Assembly (NCBI GenBank): GCA_051362555.1
Contig: CM120642.1
Location: 10,664,001-10,728,000, forward strand
Reading direction: 5' to 3'
Origin: Lingula anatina
Lineage: Eukaryota > Animalia > Brachiopoda
DNA: 64,000 nucleotides
Below the pieces are notes generated by a model, which saw only the letters and a program-made list of their open reading frames with translations, had not been told where the DNA came from and did not search any database. Both the position numbers and the translations under genes were made by a program. Shown piece by piece: positions 1-13,100 of the stretch. Positions within the stretch are counted from its first letter, which is position 1. The number at the start of each line of letters is the position of its first letter.

Positions 1-199
1 TTGGCTGGCTCTCATTTGACCCGAAAGTATTATCTGCGGCACAGTCTGCATTTGGAAACCTGTTAATAAGGCGTTCGGAGGGGGGGGGGGGGGGGGGGTA
101 GGCCTACTCGTTGTTTAGCAGCCTAACTAACGTAGTTGATCTGCGAGATCAACAGGCTTGTAGATTGATATTTATTCAGAATTGTGGTTGATTGTTATT

Positions 200-1900
200 G
201 TGGTTGATTGTAATTTTTACATCTAATTTCTGCTATCTACCTTTAGTAGGGGGTCTTTGCAGTCCTTTTTTTTGGGGGGTATATATTTTTTATATCGTTG
301 TTACTGGTATCCTCTATCCATTAAAGTGAGGAACATGAGACGTTGGGGATATTTAAACTTGCCTTTAGGGATGTGCACGTGTCCTTCGGATTTTTGGCGA
401 CTTTGGTAACCTAGGGGTGGTTGATTATTATCTTTAAATTGTATTTTCTGCTATATACCCACAGGTCTTCAGGTTGAGGAAACTAAAATGTCGGGGTGTG
501 CATAGTCAGGTTTTTTTTTGTGACCTGGGGTGTGGCTGTCCCTGGGGATGGTACACATATATATTACCGTAATTTATTTCATCTCCCCCTAGACCATTCG
601 AATTAGGAACATGAGTCTTTGGTGCATGGGTGGGCTACATTAGTGTGACTTGGGGTGTGGCAGTCCCTAGGGGGTGGAGTGATTAGTGGTTTGTCAGGCA
701 ATGAAGCTGATTCCATAGATTGCAATTAAGATTCCTTGCAGAGTTGGACCGTGCCAGCTAGTACTTCATCCTATGTGTGAATCTGATGGCGGTTTTCGAG
801 TTAGGAAGGAAGGGGAAATGTAGAGAAAGCAGCAGACAGTACTAAATAACAGACCTTCAGTCGTATTCTTAAATATAGGTCAAGTTAATTAAAACCATTC
901 AAGACCCCATACTCTCAGGAATCCTAGGGTCCAAGTCCCATTGTTCTTTAACATAAAACACACATGTTAATTACTGCTCTTGGGAAATAAACATTTTGTT
1001 TTGTGTTAAGACACAACAGCAGTCAAACACTAGGATTCCTGATAGAGTGTGTGGGGCCTTGAATTAGTTTTTAATTGGATTCCCTGACCTATATTTATGC
1101 ATATGGCTGGAAGTCCATTTAGTTCTGTATGTGCTTCTGTTGTTCTCTACATTTCTCAAGGACCCTTGCACATTCATTAAAATGACTGGTTCATCAATCT
1201 CCGTTTCATGTTCCTTAAAATTTAAAGGTATAGATGGCAGAAATAAAGTTGTGAAAAACAGAATCAACCACCCCCCGGGATAGCCACACCTGAAATATCA
1301 TACTAACATTCCCGGAAACCTATGCATATCCTCAATGGTAAGCTTATCAACCCGGAAGGTTTCATGTTCCTAACTGTAATGGCGTAAGGGTAGAAGCACG
1401 AATAACGATGTAAAATTTAAAATCAACCTCCCCAGGGACGGCCACACCCAATGTCACAAAAACCCAGAAGGACCCATACACATCCCCAAAGACAGATTTT
1501 TCAGTCCCCATAGCCTTACGTTCCCAGCTTTATTGGTCTTAAGGATAGATATAGCAGTAATAACAATGTCAATTAGACTCACCCCCCCAGCCCCCCCCCC
1601 CAAAAAAAAAAAAAATCCGAAGTGCCCTTCCACATTCAAAATAGTATGTAGCCACGTTTCATGTTCCTAGCATAAAATCCGATGTAAAAATTAGAATTGA
1701 CCACCCCCAGGGTCGACCACACCCCAAGTCACAATTGAATTCCGAAGAGCCTTTGCAAATTTCTATAATGATAGGTTTATTAATCCCCGACGTACCTGTA
1801 TCAAGTTCTTATCTATGATGGTTTAGGAAGTAACAATGTGAAATAGATTATGTATGTATATAATGAATTGTCCACCACAGGGAAAGCTTGACCAATGTAA
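200..1900. repeat. Large degenerate foldback (inverted-repeat) element with ~130-160-bp internal sub-repeats and a central ~190-bp hairpin
   Basis: The central palindrome at 886-1076 has arms AATTAAAACCATTCAAGACCCCA..CAGGAATCCTAG and CTAGGATTCCTG..TGGGGCCTTGAATTAGTTTTTAATT. Left-arm motifs (AGGAACATGAG ~329/~605; GGGGTGTGGCTGTCCCTGGGG ~527/~652) recur inverted on the right (TTTCATGTTCCT ~1204/1360/1657; CCCC(A/C)GGG..CCACACC ~1270/1430/1705). Outer limits are approximate. Confidence 0.6.
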
Positions 1901-2977
1901 GCGTACCTAGCCGAAACAACCCCGTCCCCATTCCAATTTTACCTCTATAGAACTTCACACTAGCTATTTATTGACTATGAAAAAATTCTGGTTGCAAAAT
2001 GCGTTCCGGTTGAAAAATTCGTTTTCACGATTTTCTTTGGTTGCAAAATGCGTTGCAGTTGCAAAATGCGGATCTACACCACTTTTATGAATCCCCAATA
2101 TTTCATTCTCCCCAACATCTATCTGGACAGTTGACCGTTTCAAATCATTCAGATTTCAGACTTTCCGACCTAAGCGTTTTCATTAAGTATATAGGCCAGG
2201 AGGTCAATCTTTTTAAACGACCGAGATATTTTCGAAACATTTATGGTGCATATCAATAGAAAAGCCTATTTTTACAGCTTGTTATTGCAAGTCATAACAT
2301 TTATGTCATAGTTACAAAAGAGATACTTCTATAACACGAATAATGGAATAGACGGTTTGTTAAAGATATTAATGTACACCTAGTGTGGAGCAAAATTAAA
2401 ACCTCTCTGCCTAGTAGAGTTCTCTACCTACAGTGGAAAGACATACATTCTTGCTACTGTGTACTAGCCACATCTATAAACCTGCGCCGTCAATCAAACC
2501 ACACATGGTCAGTTTTATGCCCTAGTTTAAAGGCAGGCAATGTGTTTATTTATACACTTCGTTTGTCTTATACATCTAGTGCCTTAGACCCGCCATGATT
2601 CAACGTCCAAATAGTGTTAGTTTTTAATCGTCCTGAAATCTGAAAAAATCTCAAAACTAAATGGGTAAAACAAAAAACTAGCTTTATGCTTTCCGTCACT
2701 GGACCGGAGCTCTTGAAATAAAGTACATTATTTATAGAAGTTAATTCCACGGGTATCTACGAGAACATCTGAAAATAACAGCTTCATTAAACTCCAACGA
2801 GATAAAATACGCACTATCATGAGTAATGTTACTCCTCCCCCCCCCCCACACACACACACCCCATTTCAAATACACGCGTCACGCTGGAAATCATGGTCTA
2901 GAATGAAACTTCATATCGACCTTTACGCCTAATTTCCACATCCAACCAGAACTGAAACATGTTTGGATACAATGTAC

Positions 2978-3100
2978 CATGAAGTGGTAATATACTACGA
3001 AGTCTCCTAAGGGTCCTTATTTTTTAACCAATGAAGTCGCCTTCTATCATGAAGTAGTAATTCTTATCCTATGAAGTGGTAATATACCATGAAGTATCTT
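2978..3100 (+). repeat. Short degenerate repeat (ATGAAGTGGTAAT-like, ~5 copies) upstream of TRMT112
   Basis: ATGAAGT(G/A/C) recurs at ~2979, 3031, 3049, 3071 and 3089. Confidence 0.5.
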
Positions 3101-3336
3101 AACACACGTTGGTAGAGAAATCTCCCCCCCCCCCCCCGCACACCTGAACACACTTCCCTCCTAGTTGACATCTTTGCAGATGTACCAACAATTAAGACCA
3201 AGAATGACAAAAATGCCTTGTATTGTACTTATCAAACTGTATTCACGAGAAAATCGGTGAAAATTTTCTACAAACCTCGTATTTTTTTGTTATTTTTATC
3301 CAGCCGGCTAAAAGTAAAACAGCGTGACACACTTTC

Positions 3337-3350
3337 TACCCACAATGCAC
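3337..3350 (+). promoter_or_regulatory. ZNF143/Staf-type binding motif in the TRMT112 promoter
   Basis: TACCCACAATGCAC lies ~75-90 bp upstream of the ATG and matches the SBS consensus of housekeeping promoters. Motif match only. Confidence 0.45.
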
Positions 3351-3424
3351 CTCATCTACGCATGTTTCCTGTGTCATAGACAACAGCAGCATCGGTGCAG
3401 TTCGCCGTGCAGAGAACGATAAAA

Positions 3425-4757
3425 ATGAAGTTATTAACACATAACATGTTAACGTCTAATATTATAAAAGGCGTTACTAAAGGATTTCCTTTGCAGATAG
3501 CGGTAAATATGCCAACAATCTGCAATTATTTAGATATTTTTCGTAGATGTTGATTTCGAAACAGCGTAACTCACTGGAGAATTTATCATTTGATCATGTG
3601 TGATAACACATATAAGTCATGTGTGTTTAAGCGTTGGAAATCCTTGGTTTAAGCTCTAGGTCATTAGTGTTACTTTTCATTGTTTCAGCACTGTATTGCC
3701 ACAGGACAGATCGGGCAGTACATATTCATACAATGAGACGTTTGAGATAAATGTAGTGTTTTTATAAAGCTATACCCTAAAAATAATCACCATCTTTGTT
3801 TTTAGGCAACAGATATAAAAGTGACTGAGGTAGACTTCAACCCAGACTTTATCTCAAGAATGATCTCAAAAGTAGAATGGCCAGCACTGTGTGAAGCAGC
3901 AGAAAGTGTAAGTGACATTTGCTTTATAATATCTACACAGAGATCGTGAATGCTATGCTTGTGCTCCATGTGTTCATTGTTATTATTTGAAAACAGAAAG
4001 TACCATGTGTTCTAGTATACATACATTTCAAGTTACATATATTGAGCAAATGCATATTATTCAGTTTCCAGTTACCTTGGATTGGTAACAACTGCAAATT
4101 TAATTGTTATGAATCTCCTTTTTTATGGTCTTTTCAGATTGGTCATCTGGGAGACCTACCAAAGGAATTAGATCCTGATTATGAGAAGAATGAAGAATTC
4201 CTTAAAAAGGCTCATCATGTTTTATTGGAGGTAAAAACTTCACTTTTAGATATTTTATATTTTATATGCTACAAAGAGACATGGCAATTCAAAACAAATT
4301 GAATACTATTTGATTAAAAAATAAAACTGAAAAACTGTGATCCTCATTTTTCAATGATTCAAAGATACAAGGAGAAAAAAAGACTTAAAGAGAAAAAACA
4401 TACATACATTTTATACATTCTTTATTATTTGTATATTCTGATTACCTGTGTCTGTCCGTGCCAACTCCTTTTAATATGATAGATAAATGAAGTGGCCAGT
4501 TCTCTATTTCATCCTAGTGACCAACAAATTGTCCGGTAAATTGAATATAATATTTCACTTGACTCCTTTTCACAGTGTAATGTTTTTTCATACTAGTCAG
4601 TAGATGAGCATATTTTCACAAATTAAATTCTCAATAAAATTTTCTTTAGGTGGAGATCAAAGAGGGAGAACTTATCTGTCCAGAAACTGGGAGAAAATTT
4701 CCTGTCACAAATGGGATTCCCAATATGTTACTAAATGAAGACGAGGTTGGAAAATGA
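3425..4757 (+). CDS. TRMT112: Multifunctional methyltransferase activator subunit TRM112 (126 aa, 4 exons)
   Basis: Exons 3425-3502, 3806-3907, 4138-4230 and 4650-4757 (all phase 0, GT-AG). Translation: [23 protein letters not shown]...[10 protein letters not shown]...[46 protein letters not shown], with the hallmark Trm112 N- and C-termini. Confidence 0.96.
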
Positions 4758-6581
4758 AATGAAATTACACAGTCAGACTCTGTGTGTTAGACACTACCCA
4801 ACCTTTTGGATAAGACTGCATCACCTGGGTATCAGTGCTAAAAGTTGCTGCATTCCATGAATAATCACGGAAGATACAACACAGACAAACAGTGTATGGT
4901 ATACAGGAAAAAGATGTGACTGAAGTTCAAGTTGAAGACAAGTTGAAAGAAAATATTGACAATTTACTTCTGTAAATTTTAAATATTTTTCTGAAGGATA
5001 AAAAAAGTTCAATCATTCACCAGAATATGAAAATGTTCACTTGTGTTTGAATACTATAATAAAAGTTTTTTTTATATCTATTTCAAAGATGCAGTATGAC
5101 TGCGATTTCACATATTAGATGTCAAGTTTGACTGCTGTTTTATAAGCAGTTCTTTAATAAATCTCCCGAAGAATCCTTCCCTTAACTCACTTTGCCTGCA
5201 GTAGCATTATCATGAAATTAATTCTAACAGTTGTAATGTTTTTATCATAGAATGTTGCCCTAATGCTAACGTTACATTACTGTTTTATTAGCATGCATTA
5301 AGGGTATATTGGCTCTACCAACTTCAGTATAATGATGAATGTTTTTGTTACGCTGTTGTATATGTATTAAGTATATACTGAATTTGTAAAAATACTTTGT
5401 ACTGGAATAACTCATCTATCTATACACTCGTAAGAAGTAATAGAGTAATCTCAATAAAGTTATGTACTAGTAATAAGAAAATTATTTGTATAATTTAGAA
5501 AATTCAAGCTTATTTTTAGTACATGTAATTTTCATTTCATGATTATCATGTAAGAAAACATACCAATATCATGATATTGTTTTTAATTCATCTTTTTATT
5601 TTCAGTACAAATAACACAATGTCCAATCTTGGGTCAGTTATCATTTAACAAATGCTAGTACTTAAGAACACTTCAAGTTTACATAAAAACCCATTTTCTA
5701 CTATAATTGCAATAGAGGGTGCTACAACAGTAGAATATGAGCAGCTGACATACATGTTCACAAAACAGTTAATACACAATATTGCAACTCGATCACGTGT
5801 ACCTTACATAGATAAACAATATCCCCCACCTCCCCCTTACACGAGGACCCCTTTATATTCTTGGAAATCTATTAAAAGGAAGCGAGCTGTAAATATCAGT
5901 ACAGGTATGAAACATTTATGCATGAAATCTAGCATTTAAGGGTTTTTGGTCAGCTTGAAGTGCATCTATCTTTCACTTTAAAAGAATAAAACCAATTACT
6001 CGATTGTAATTTGACACCTTTTCTTTAGTCTGTAGCATTTTGTTTTCTTATAAGCAATCTAAGAGACCCAGCTACTGAAACATGCCGTCCACATTCCCTA
6101 AATGAGGTCTGTCACTTCAGAGCAAGCATTGTCTCATGCAGTCAACTAAAAGTGCATGCTCTTCGTTCGTTTCTCTGTACATACATTTCCTATGACAAAC
6201 ACCACTTGAAATAAGACTTAAGATTCCGTTCCGTAAATGTCCGTTTACATGCTCTTGGCTAAATAAAATGCAAAATAATTAGGGGAAAAAACATTTCATT
6301 TGATTTGTACACACTGCACATGAATAGCTGAATAGCATTTGAACATGCAACTAAAGAGGTCAGTTCATTTTAGCAAGCCTTCAAATCAACAGACTAACAT
6401 ATGCAACATAATACCCGTTAAAATGAACACTTGCCGGAGGTTTTTGCTTTTCTGGCAAAAAAAAAAAAAAAAATTGTGAAAGTTAAAATTCTAAAATACA
6501 ATTGCTAAGAATATGCAATAAATTAAGTTTTCCATCTTTGAAGAGGAGTGTTCTGAGGGGTTTTATAAGAAATATAATTGC

Positions 6582-9379
6582 AACTAGAGGATCAGAGAGG
6601 CGATACCGCCTCCGAATATTGTACCACCAGCTGGGGTAAGCGCGATCGTATAGATCCCATCACACACAAAAAAGGGACACCACCACCAGTCTTGTGCTTG
6701 ACAAGCTGTAAAAAATGCAATCAACAAGAATTCTCAAAATATGCAAAAATATATATATATAACTAAAAATGGTACAATCAAAGTTCAGTTCATAGTAAGG
6801 TAGGTCAAAGGTCAATTTCAAGGTCACAGTAAATTTCCAGTATATGACTTCCTATTCAAGTTCAATAGCAACTATGGACCTATCTCTCCCAGTTTTGGAG
6901 TTAAAAGTGAACCAAAATTTGTAAACTTCAATTCATGATAAAAAGTAGGTCAAACGTAAATTTCAAGGTCACACTTAGTTTGCCAGTATATGACTTCCTA
7001 TTCAAATTCAATAGTAACTATGGGCGTATCTTATCAGTTTTGGAAATAAAAGGGAACCAAAATTTGCAAAGTTAAGTTCATGGTTAAAAGTAGGTCAAAG
7101 GTCAATTTGAAGTTCACAGTAAATTGCCTCATATTCAAGTTCAATAGTAACTGTGGACCTATCTCTGCCAGTTTTGGAGATAACAGTTTTGGAGATAACA
7201 GGGAACGGAAATTTGCAAAGTTCAATTCCTGATGAAAAGTAGGTCAAAGGTCAATTTCAAGGTCACATTTATATTGCCAGTATATGACTTCCTATTCAAG
7301 TTCAATAGTAACTATGGACCTATCTCTGCTAGTTTTGGAGATAAAAGGGAACAAAATTTGCAAAGTTCAGTTCATGGTTAAAAGTAGGTCAAAGGTCAAT
7401 TTTAAGGTCACAGTAAATTGCCTCCTATGACTTTCTATTCAAATTCAATAGTAACTATGGGCGTATCTCTGCCAGTTTTGAAAATAAAAGCATTAAAAAG
7501 TTGCAAAGTTCAGTTTATGGTGTAAAGTAGGTCAAAGGTCAATTTCAAGGTCACATTTAGATTGCCAGTATATGACTTGAATAGATTGCCAGTATATGAC
7601 TTCCTATTCAAGTTCAATAGTAACTATGGACCTATCTCTGCCAGTTTTGGACATAAAAGGGAACCAAAATTTGTAAACTTCATATCATGATGAAAAGTAG
7701 GTCAAAGGTCAATTTCAAGGTCACACTTAGATTGCCTCGTATGACTTTCTATTCAAATTCAATAGTAACTTTGGGTGTATCTCTGCCAGTCTTGAAAATA
7801 AAAGTATTAAAAAGTTGCAAAGTTCAGTTTATGGTGTAAAGTACGTCAAAGGTCAATTTCAAGGTCACATTTAGATTGCCAATATATGACTTCCTATTCA
7901 AGTTCAATAGTAACTATGAACCTATCTCTGCCGGTTTGGAGATAAAAGGGAACAAAATTTGCAAAGTTCAATTCATGATGAAAAGTAGGTCAAAGGTCAA
8001 TTTTAAGGTCACAGTAAATTGCCTCGTATGACTTTCTATTCAAGTTCAATAGTAACCATAGACCTTTCTCTGCCAGTTTTGGAGATAAAAGGAAAGCAAA
8101 ATTTACAAAGTTCAGTTTATGGTGTAAAGTAGGTCAAAGGTCAATTTCAAGGTCACATTTAGATTGCCAGTATATGACTTCCTATTCAAGTTCAATAGTA
8201 ACTATGGACCTATCTCTGCCAGTTTTGGAGATAAAAGGGAACCAAAATTTGCAAAGTTCAATTCATGATGAAAAGTAGGTCAAAGGTCAATTTCAAGGTC
8301 ACACTTAGATTGCCAGTATATGATTTCCTATTCAACTTCAATAGTAACCATGGACCTATCTCTGCCAGTTTTGGAGATATAAGGGACTAAATTTTATAAT
8401 TTTGGAGTTACAATAATGTGCCATAAATTTCGTACAGAAAAAATTAATTAAAATAAAGAAAAGGTCATTTTGGTCAAAATTCTTGAAATGGGAGGTGCTC
8501 TGAAGTTCCAGATGTTCAAATTTGATGAAATAATGTCATTTTTGACCACAGGTTGTCTGCCTCGCCAAGCCTTATGTTTTATTTTTCAGGAGTTCAAAAT
8601 TTATTATCCATTACCGTACTGCACATTTTGCTTTCACCACCAATATGTACTTTTTGATATAGCGTAACTCGAAAACCGTATGGAATACAAAAAAACGGAG
8701 ACCACCCCCAGTGTTGGGCTTTACATGCTCTACAAAATGCAAAAAAGAATGGGTCTCTAGCACTAACGGTTCCCAAATTAGAGACAGTTTTCAGTTTCGG
8801 TATCTTATGGCCGCTACTCCCGTGAAAATGCACCGATTGACCCCAAATTCAATGAGATGAAAGATGACCCAAAGGGTAACACTTTCCAATAATATTATTG
8901 GTTAAGTCTGTGTAGTGTCTGAATAACAGCGCAAAAAAAATTTTTTTCGTAAAAAAATTCGTTTTTTTGAAAATTTTGGCCCGTTTGACCTTGAAGTAAA
9001 GGTCAAAGGTCAAATCCAAGGGCATATTTGAAATCTACACATACGACTTTTGGAAAGCCGTCTGTAGAAATTTTTCCCATAATTCCTTCCGTAGGGTAGA
9101 TAATTAGCATTAAATTTTGCCAATTTTGGACAAGGGTGCATTGCAATGAGTGCCACACCTAGACCCCAATACCGATAAAGCCCAAATTTTACGTGGAACG
9201 AGTTGAGATTATAGGTGACCTAAATCCAAGAGATGGGTACGCAGGCCCTAGTAGTCTAGGAGGAGAAGCGGTAACGGTGACTTGGCGGCGGAGCCGCAGG
9301 AGCCGGCGGAGCCGGCGGAACATACGGGTCGGGACTAAAACCATGTGTACCGCCAGCGCCTACGCTGGTGGTACAATAA
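6582..9379 (+). mobile_element. Non-autonomous Helentron/HINE (pearl/DINE-like) element with a central tandem array
   Basis: Starts AACTAGAG. Subterminal inverted repeat ATTGTACCACCAGC (6618-6631) / GCTGGTGGTACAAT (9364-9377). 3' hairpin GTACCGCCAGCG-ccta-CGCTGGTGGTAC. GCCGGCGGA micro-repeat at ~9285-9319. The central satellite completes the typical HINE architecture. Confidence 0.7.
6780..8390 (+). repeat. Tandem satellite array, ~145-bp unit, ~11 copies
   Basis: GTAGGTCAAAGGTCAATTTCAAGGTCAC...TTCAATAGTAACTATGGACCTATCTCTGCCAGTTTTGGAGATAAAAG recurs at ~6800, 6944, 7090, 7239, 7384, 7527, 7697, 7840, 7984, 8129 and 8275. Confidence 0.92.
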
Positions 9380-10196
9380 AACTAACAGGGAAATAAAACT
9401 TAGTCCCCAAACAAATCCTTGGATGGTTTTGAATGACATACATACATATTACCAAATGAAAATGCCTCATGCATTTATTCCACTTTAACAAGTCGCACAT
9501 GCAGATCCTTCAAAAGCAATATTAAGAACATTCAACATTATATCTTCTACATGTAGAAGCGCAGCAATGACACTTATTATATTGTGGTAGCTGCAACCTA
9601 TTACCAGTAACCAGTGTTATTCCTCATTCAGCTGCAGAAGTGAAAAAGTTTATTAAATAATTAGTTACATTTACATTTGCACACAAAATGAGAGGGGATA
9701 ATGTAAATCAATATTTCTGGTTAAAATAACAAAATACATGGTAAATGTTCAGTGATTTTCCTTTGCACACATATATAAACAAATATATCTCAGAACATTT
9801 AAAAACTTAATCTTGTATAAAATAGAGGTATCAATAAATTATAAAATTCCTATACACAGTCACAGTAGTTAGAAGATAATCTTTACAATACGTAAGATAT
9901 TTACAGTTAAGTTGTGTCTTGGCAGAGGGGGGAATAGACCAAATATTTCTGACAATGGAGATTCAGATTTTTGTATGTTGTTATCTAATAAAGGACGCTT
10001 CAAATGCTATTGTACACTCTTCATGAAGTTTTATGTTAATATTTTTACATATTTACAATATTTAAAGGTCTAAAAAATGAAAGATTCAAACAAATAAGGT
10101 ATGTACTTTTTCAAGTGCAATAAGGACCAAATGTATATAAAAATGTATTAGTTGTTTCCCCTCAAATAATTATCTCCCTTCTAATGAATTCATTTT

Positions 10197-13100
10197 TTAA
10201 AGGCATGTCACCACTGGCCTTCTGCCAAACATTGAACCATCCACTAAATCTTGGTTAGGACCTGCCTTGTTATCATACTGAGGTCCAGCTCGAATACTGC
10301 GGTCACTTCCAACAGCTCTTATTCTACTCCCAATATTGGCTGGGTCCGGTCCCTTGTGATTATCTGGATTGGCACCTTGGATAGCAAGGTATTCCTCCCT
10401 GTGAATAAACGGGCACAATATACCATTTTGGAATGCAGAGACAAAATTACCACCATTTACTGTCAAACTGTATATGTTTTTCAAAGATCCACATGTATTT
10501 TCTATGCATTGAAACTCCTTGCATATGCACAATTGAATATGTTAAGTGCACTTAAATAAAATTCAATTATATAACCATGTTTTAACAAACTACCCTTTGA
10601 ATTAAGAATTCATTCATGTGAAGATTTGAAAAAGAAAAAGAAAAAATGTCATTGAAAAAAGTCTCAATCCTATAAAACTTACAGTAGAGAAGACTTATCT
10701 GGCCCCTTTCGCAGTGAGGGGTCTGGCCCCTTGGCTTGAATTCTGTTCTCAGACTGGAAAGCTACTGGTGTTGGTGCAACACGGGCAGCGACAGGACTGG
10801 CATGTCTTGCTGGAGAAGCTCTAATATATCAAGGAACATCATTTAATATGTAAATCATGGAAAAATCAAATACAATGTTGCTTGTTAAGCAAACACATCA
10901 TGTATGTGCCAAAAGACTAAATTCAGATCTGCAGCAAATTTGTAATGAATAAAAAGAAAGTTAATCTGGTTATAATGACATGCCAGTGATGAGCTCAACT
11001 AACAAAACAAATTTGCAAAGCACTTTCATTTTTTACCTGGTCTGCTGCTTCTTGGCAGGTGCTTTTTTGGGCACAGCTTTGGGCTTTGGTTTAGGTTCTG
11101 GCTCTGGCTGTGTTGAAGGTGACCTTGAACTTCTTGCTGAGCTTGCTGCTGAAGACTTTGAAGTGGCTGTGCTGGGTCTGGATGATGTATCACTGGCCGT
11201 AGGGCTGAAGACATCACAGATTATTTTATTTATGTTATAAGATTAGTTGAGACAATAGACTTCAATATGATTTACAGCATAGTCCATACAAATTTAAGAC
11301 ATTTACATCACAGGGGCAGACAGAAGCAGTTTTGAGGAAGATGGTCAGAATCTTTCAAGTTTACATTGACAGGTATCTCTTTTTTCTTTAAGAAGACAGT
11401 CAAAAATGGAGGATGGATCAACAAATATAATTTGGGAGACTGTCAGAAAATATATCTGGATCTGCCCCTGCATCACATTGCATTACAATGTGTAACAAGT
11501 TACCTGACACTTCTGCGTGCTGCACTAGCAGGCTGTGCGGGACCAATAGAGGTGCTGGTGGTGCCTGGTGTGCTGGTGCTCCTGAAAGATCAGTTAATCA
11601 ACCTTAAAGCTCATACCCAAGTTCAAAATACAACAAGTAAATCACAATTTTTCTTGTTGTTTCTCTTAACAAGTAATCCAGTCTTAGAAGATACAGCATT
11701 AAGCAATCTCTAAGAAGTTCATAGCCCTAAAACTATATAGCAGTTATCTATCACAGATTCTAAGAGATGAATATGCGCTAGGTGTAAATAAGGATCCTAT
11801 ATTAAAATTAAAATGAGAGTGGTTGCTATGGCTGCACAAGTGTGATAAATGTTTATGTAAAATATCTGTGGCTGACAGTACTGCTTACTTCTTATCTTTC
11901 TTTTTATCTGCAGCCATGCTGGTTAGCAAGGCTCTTGCCTTGGTTTCATCATACTGACACACTTCCACTACCATATCAATGACAGACATGGGCTCACTGA
12001 ACTCATTGGTCAGTTTGACTTTCACTGAAATTGAGGGGCAACATAAAATCAGTTACATTTTAAATGGGAAAAGAATAAGTGAAAAGATAACTGCCCAAAT
12101 GTCAAAAGAACAAACACCGTTTTCATGAATTCAGCAAAATATCAATAAAACAGCAGAGGTCTTTTATCTGGCATTTTTAAAATAAAAGTTTGCAGCATTC
12201 TCCCTTTTTCCAATTAACTCTGGCACCCCAAGCCTAAATATTATTTACAAAATGATCAAATGCTATATTATATGTGTCAAGTTATGTACTATATATATAT
12301 TTTACTTTGCTGAACATAACTGATTTATAATAGAAATCCTTACATCGTTCCTTCTCACTATCTGACAGTTGTTTAGGAGCAGGTGCTGGTGAAGGAGAAC
12401 GTGAACGAGTTGCAGCTCGTGTTTGCGCTGGTGCTGGTCTGGCCAATGAACTGGATTCAGAGTACCCCATACTTCTTAACTGTTCTCTAGCTCTGAACAG
12501 GTCATAATTATTTCTGAAAAATAATAACATTAATATTATGATTTGTATAAGGGTAGTTCTGCCTTATTTCCCTATTGCACTATTCACATCGGCCTTAGCT
12601 CAAACATACATAAACCCCATGTCTACTTGGTATTTGAACATTGTGAAGGTGTACACGCACACTTAGTTTGACTGTTGAAGCTGTAAAAATTTGCTACAGA
12701 GGACCAAAGATATTTTTATCTTATAATACACAACAACTCTTTGTAGATAAAATTACAAAAATATGTGATATGATTAGAACAACTAAAAACCTGACATTAA
12801 ATTCAGCTCAACTAAAACTGGAAGTCTAACTTACCCCTCCAAGATATTGACAATGATGTCCATATCTGCAGTGGGGAATGACTGCTTTATTTTTGCCTTC
12901 TTGTCCTCAAAGTCATCTGGTCTTCTTGAGAAACTAGTTTCCTAGATAGGTAAGGAGTAATTCAAGGCAAGTTTTTATGTATTGACAGTTCTACAGTTTA
13001 TCTTACTTATCCAAACGTGACTTTTTTAAACCAAAAGAGAATCACAGGATTACAAGTCAGCTGGAACAGATAACTCAAGCAAAAGAGATGCTTAAAACAC

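Noticed and set aside
5322-5382. C/D-box snoRNA (ATGATGA ... CTGA with flanking inverted repeat)
   Set aside because: Only ~50 nt between the boxes, AT-rich, not clearly intronic, and no recognisable guide sequence
6780-8390. CRISPR-like regular repeat array
   Set aside because: Units are contiguous ~145-bp repeats without unique spacers, the context is eukaryotic, and no cas genes are present
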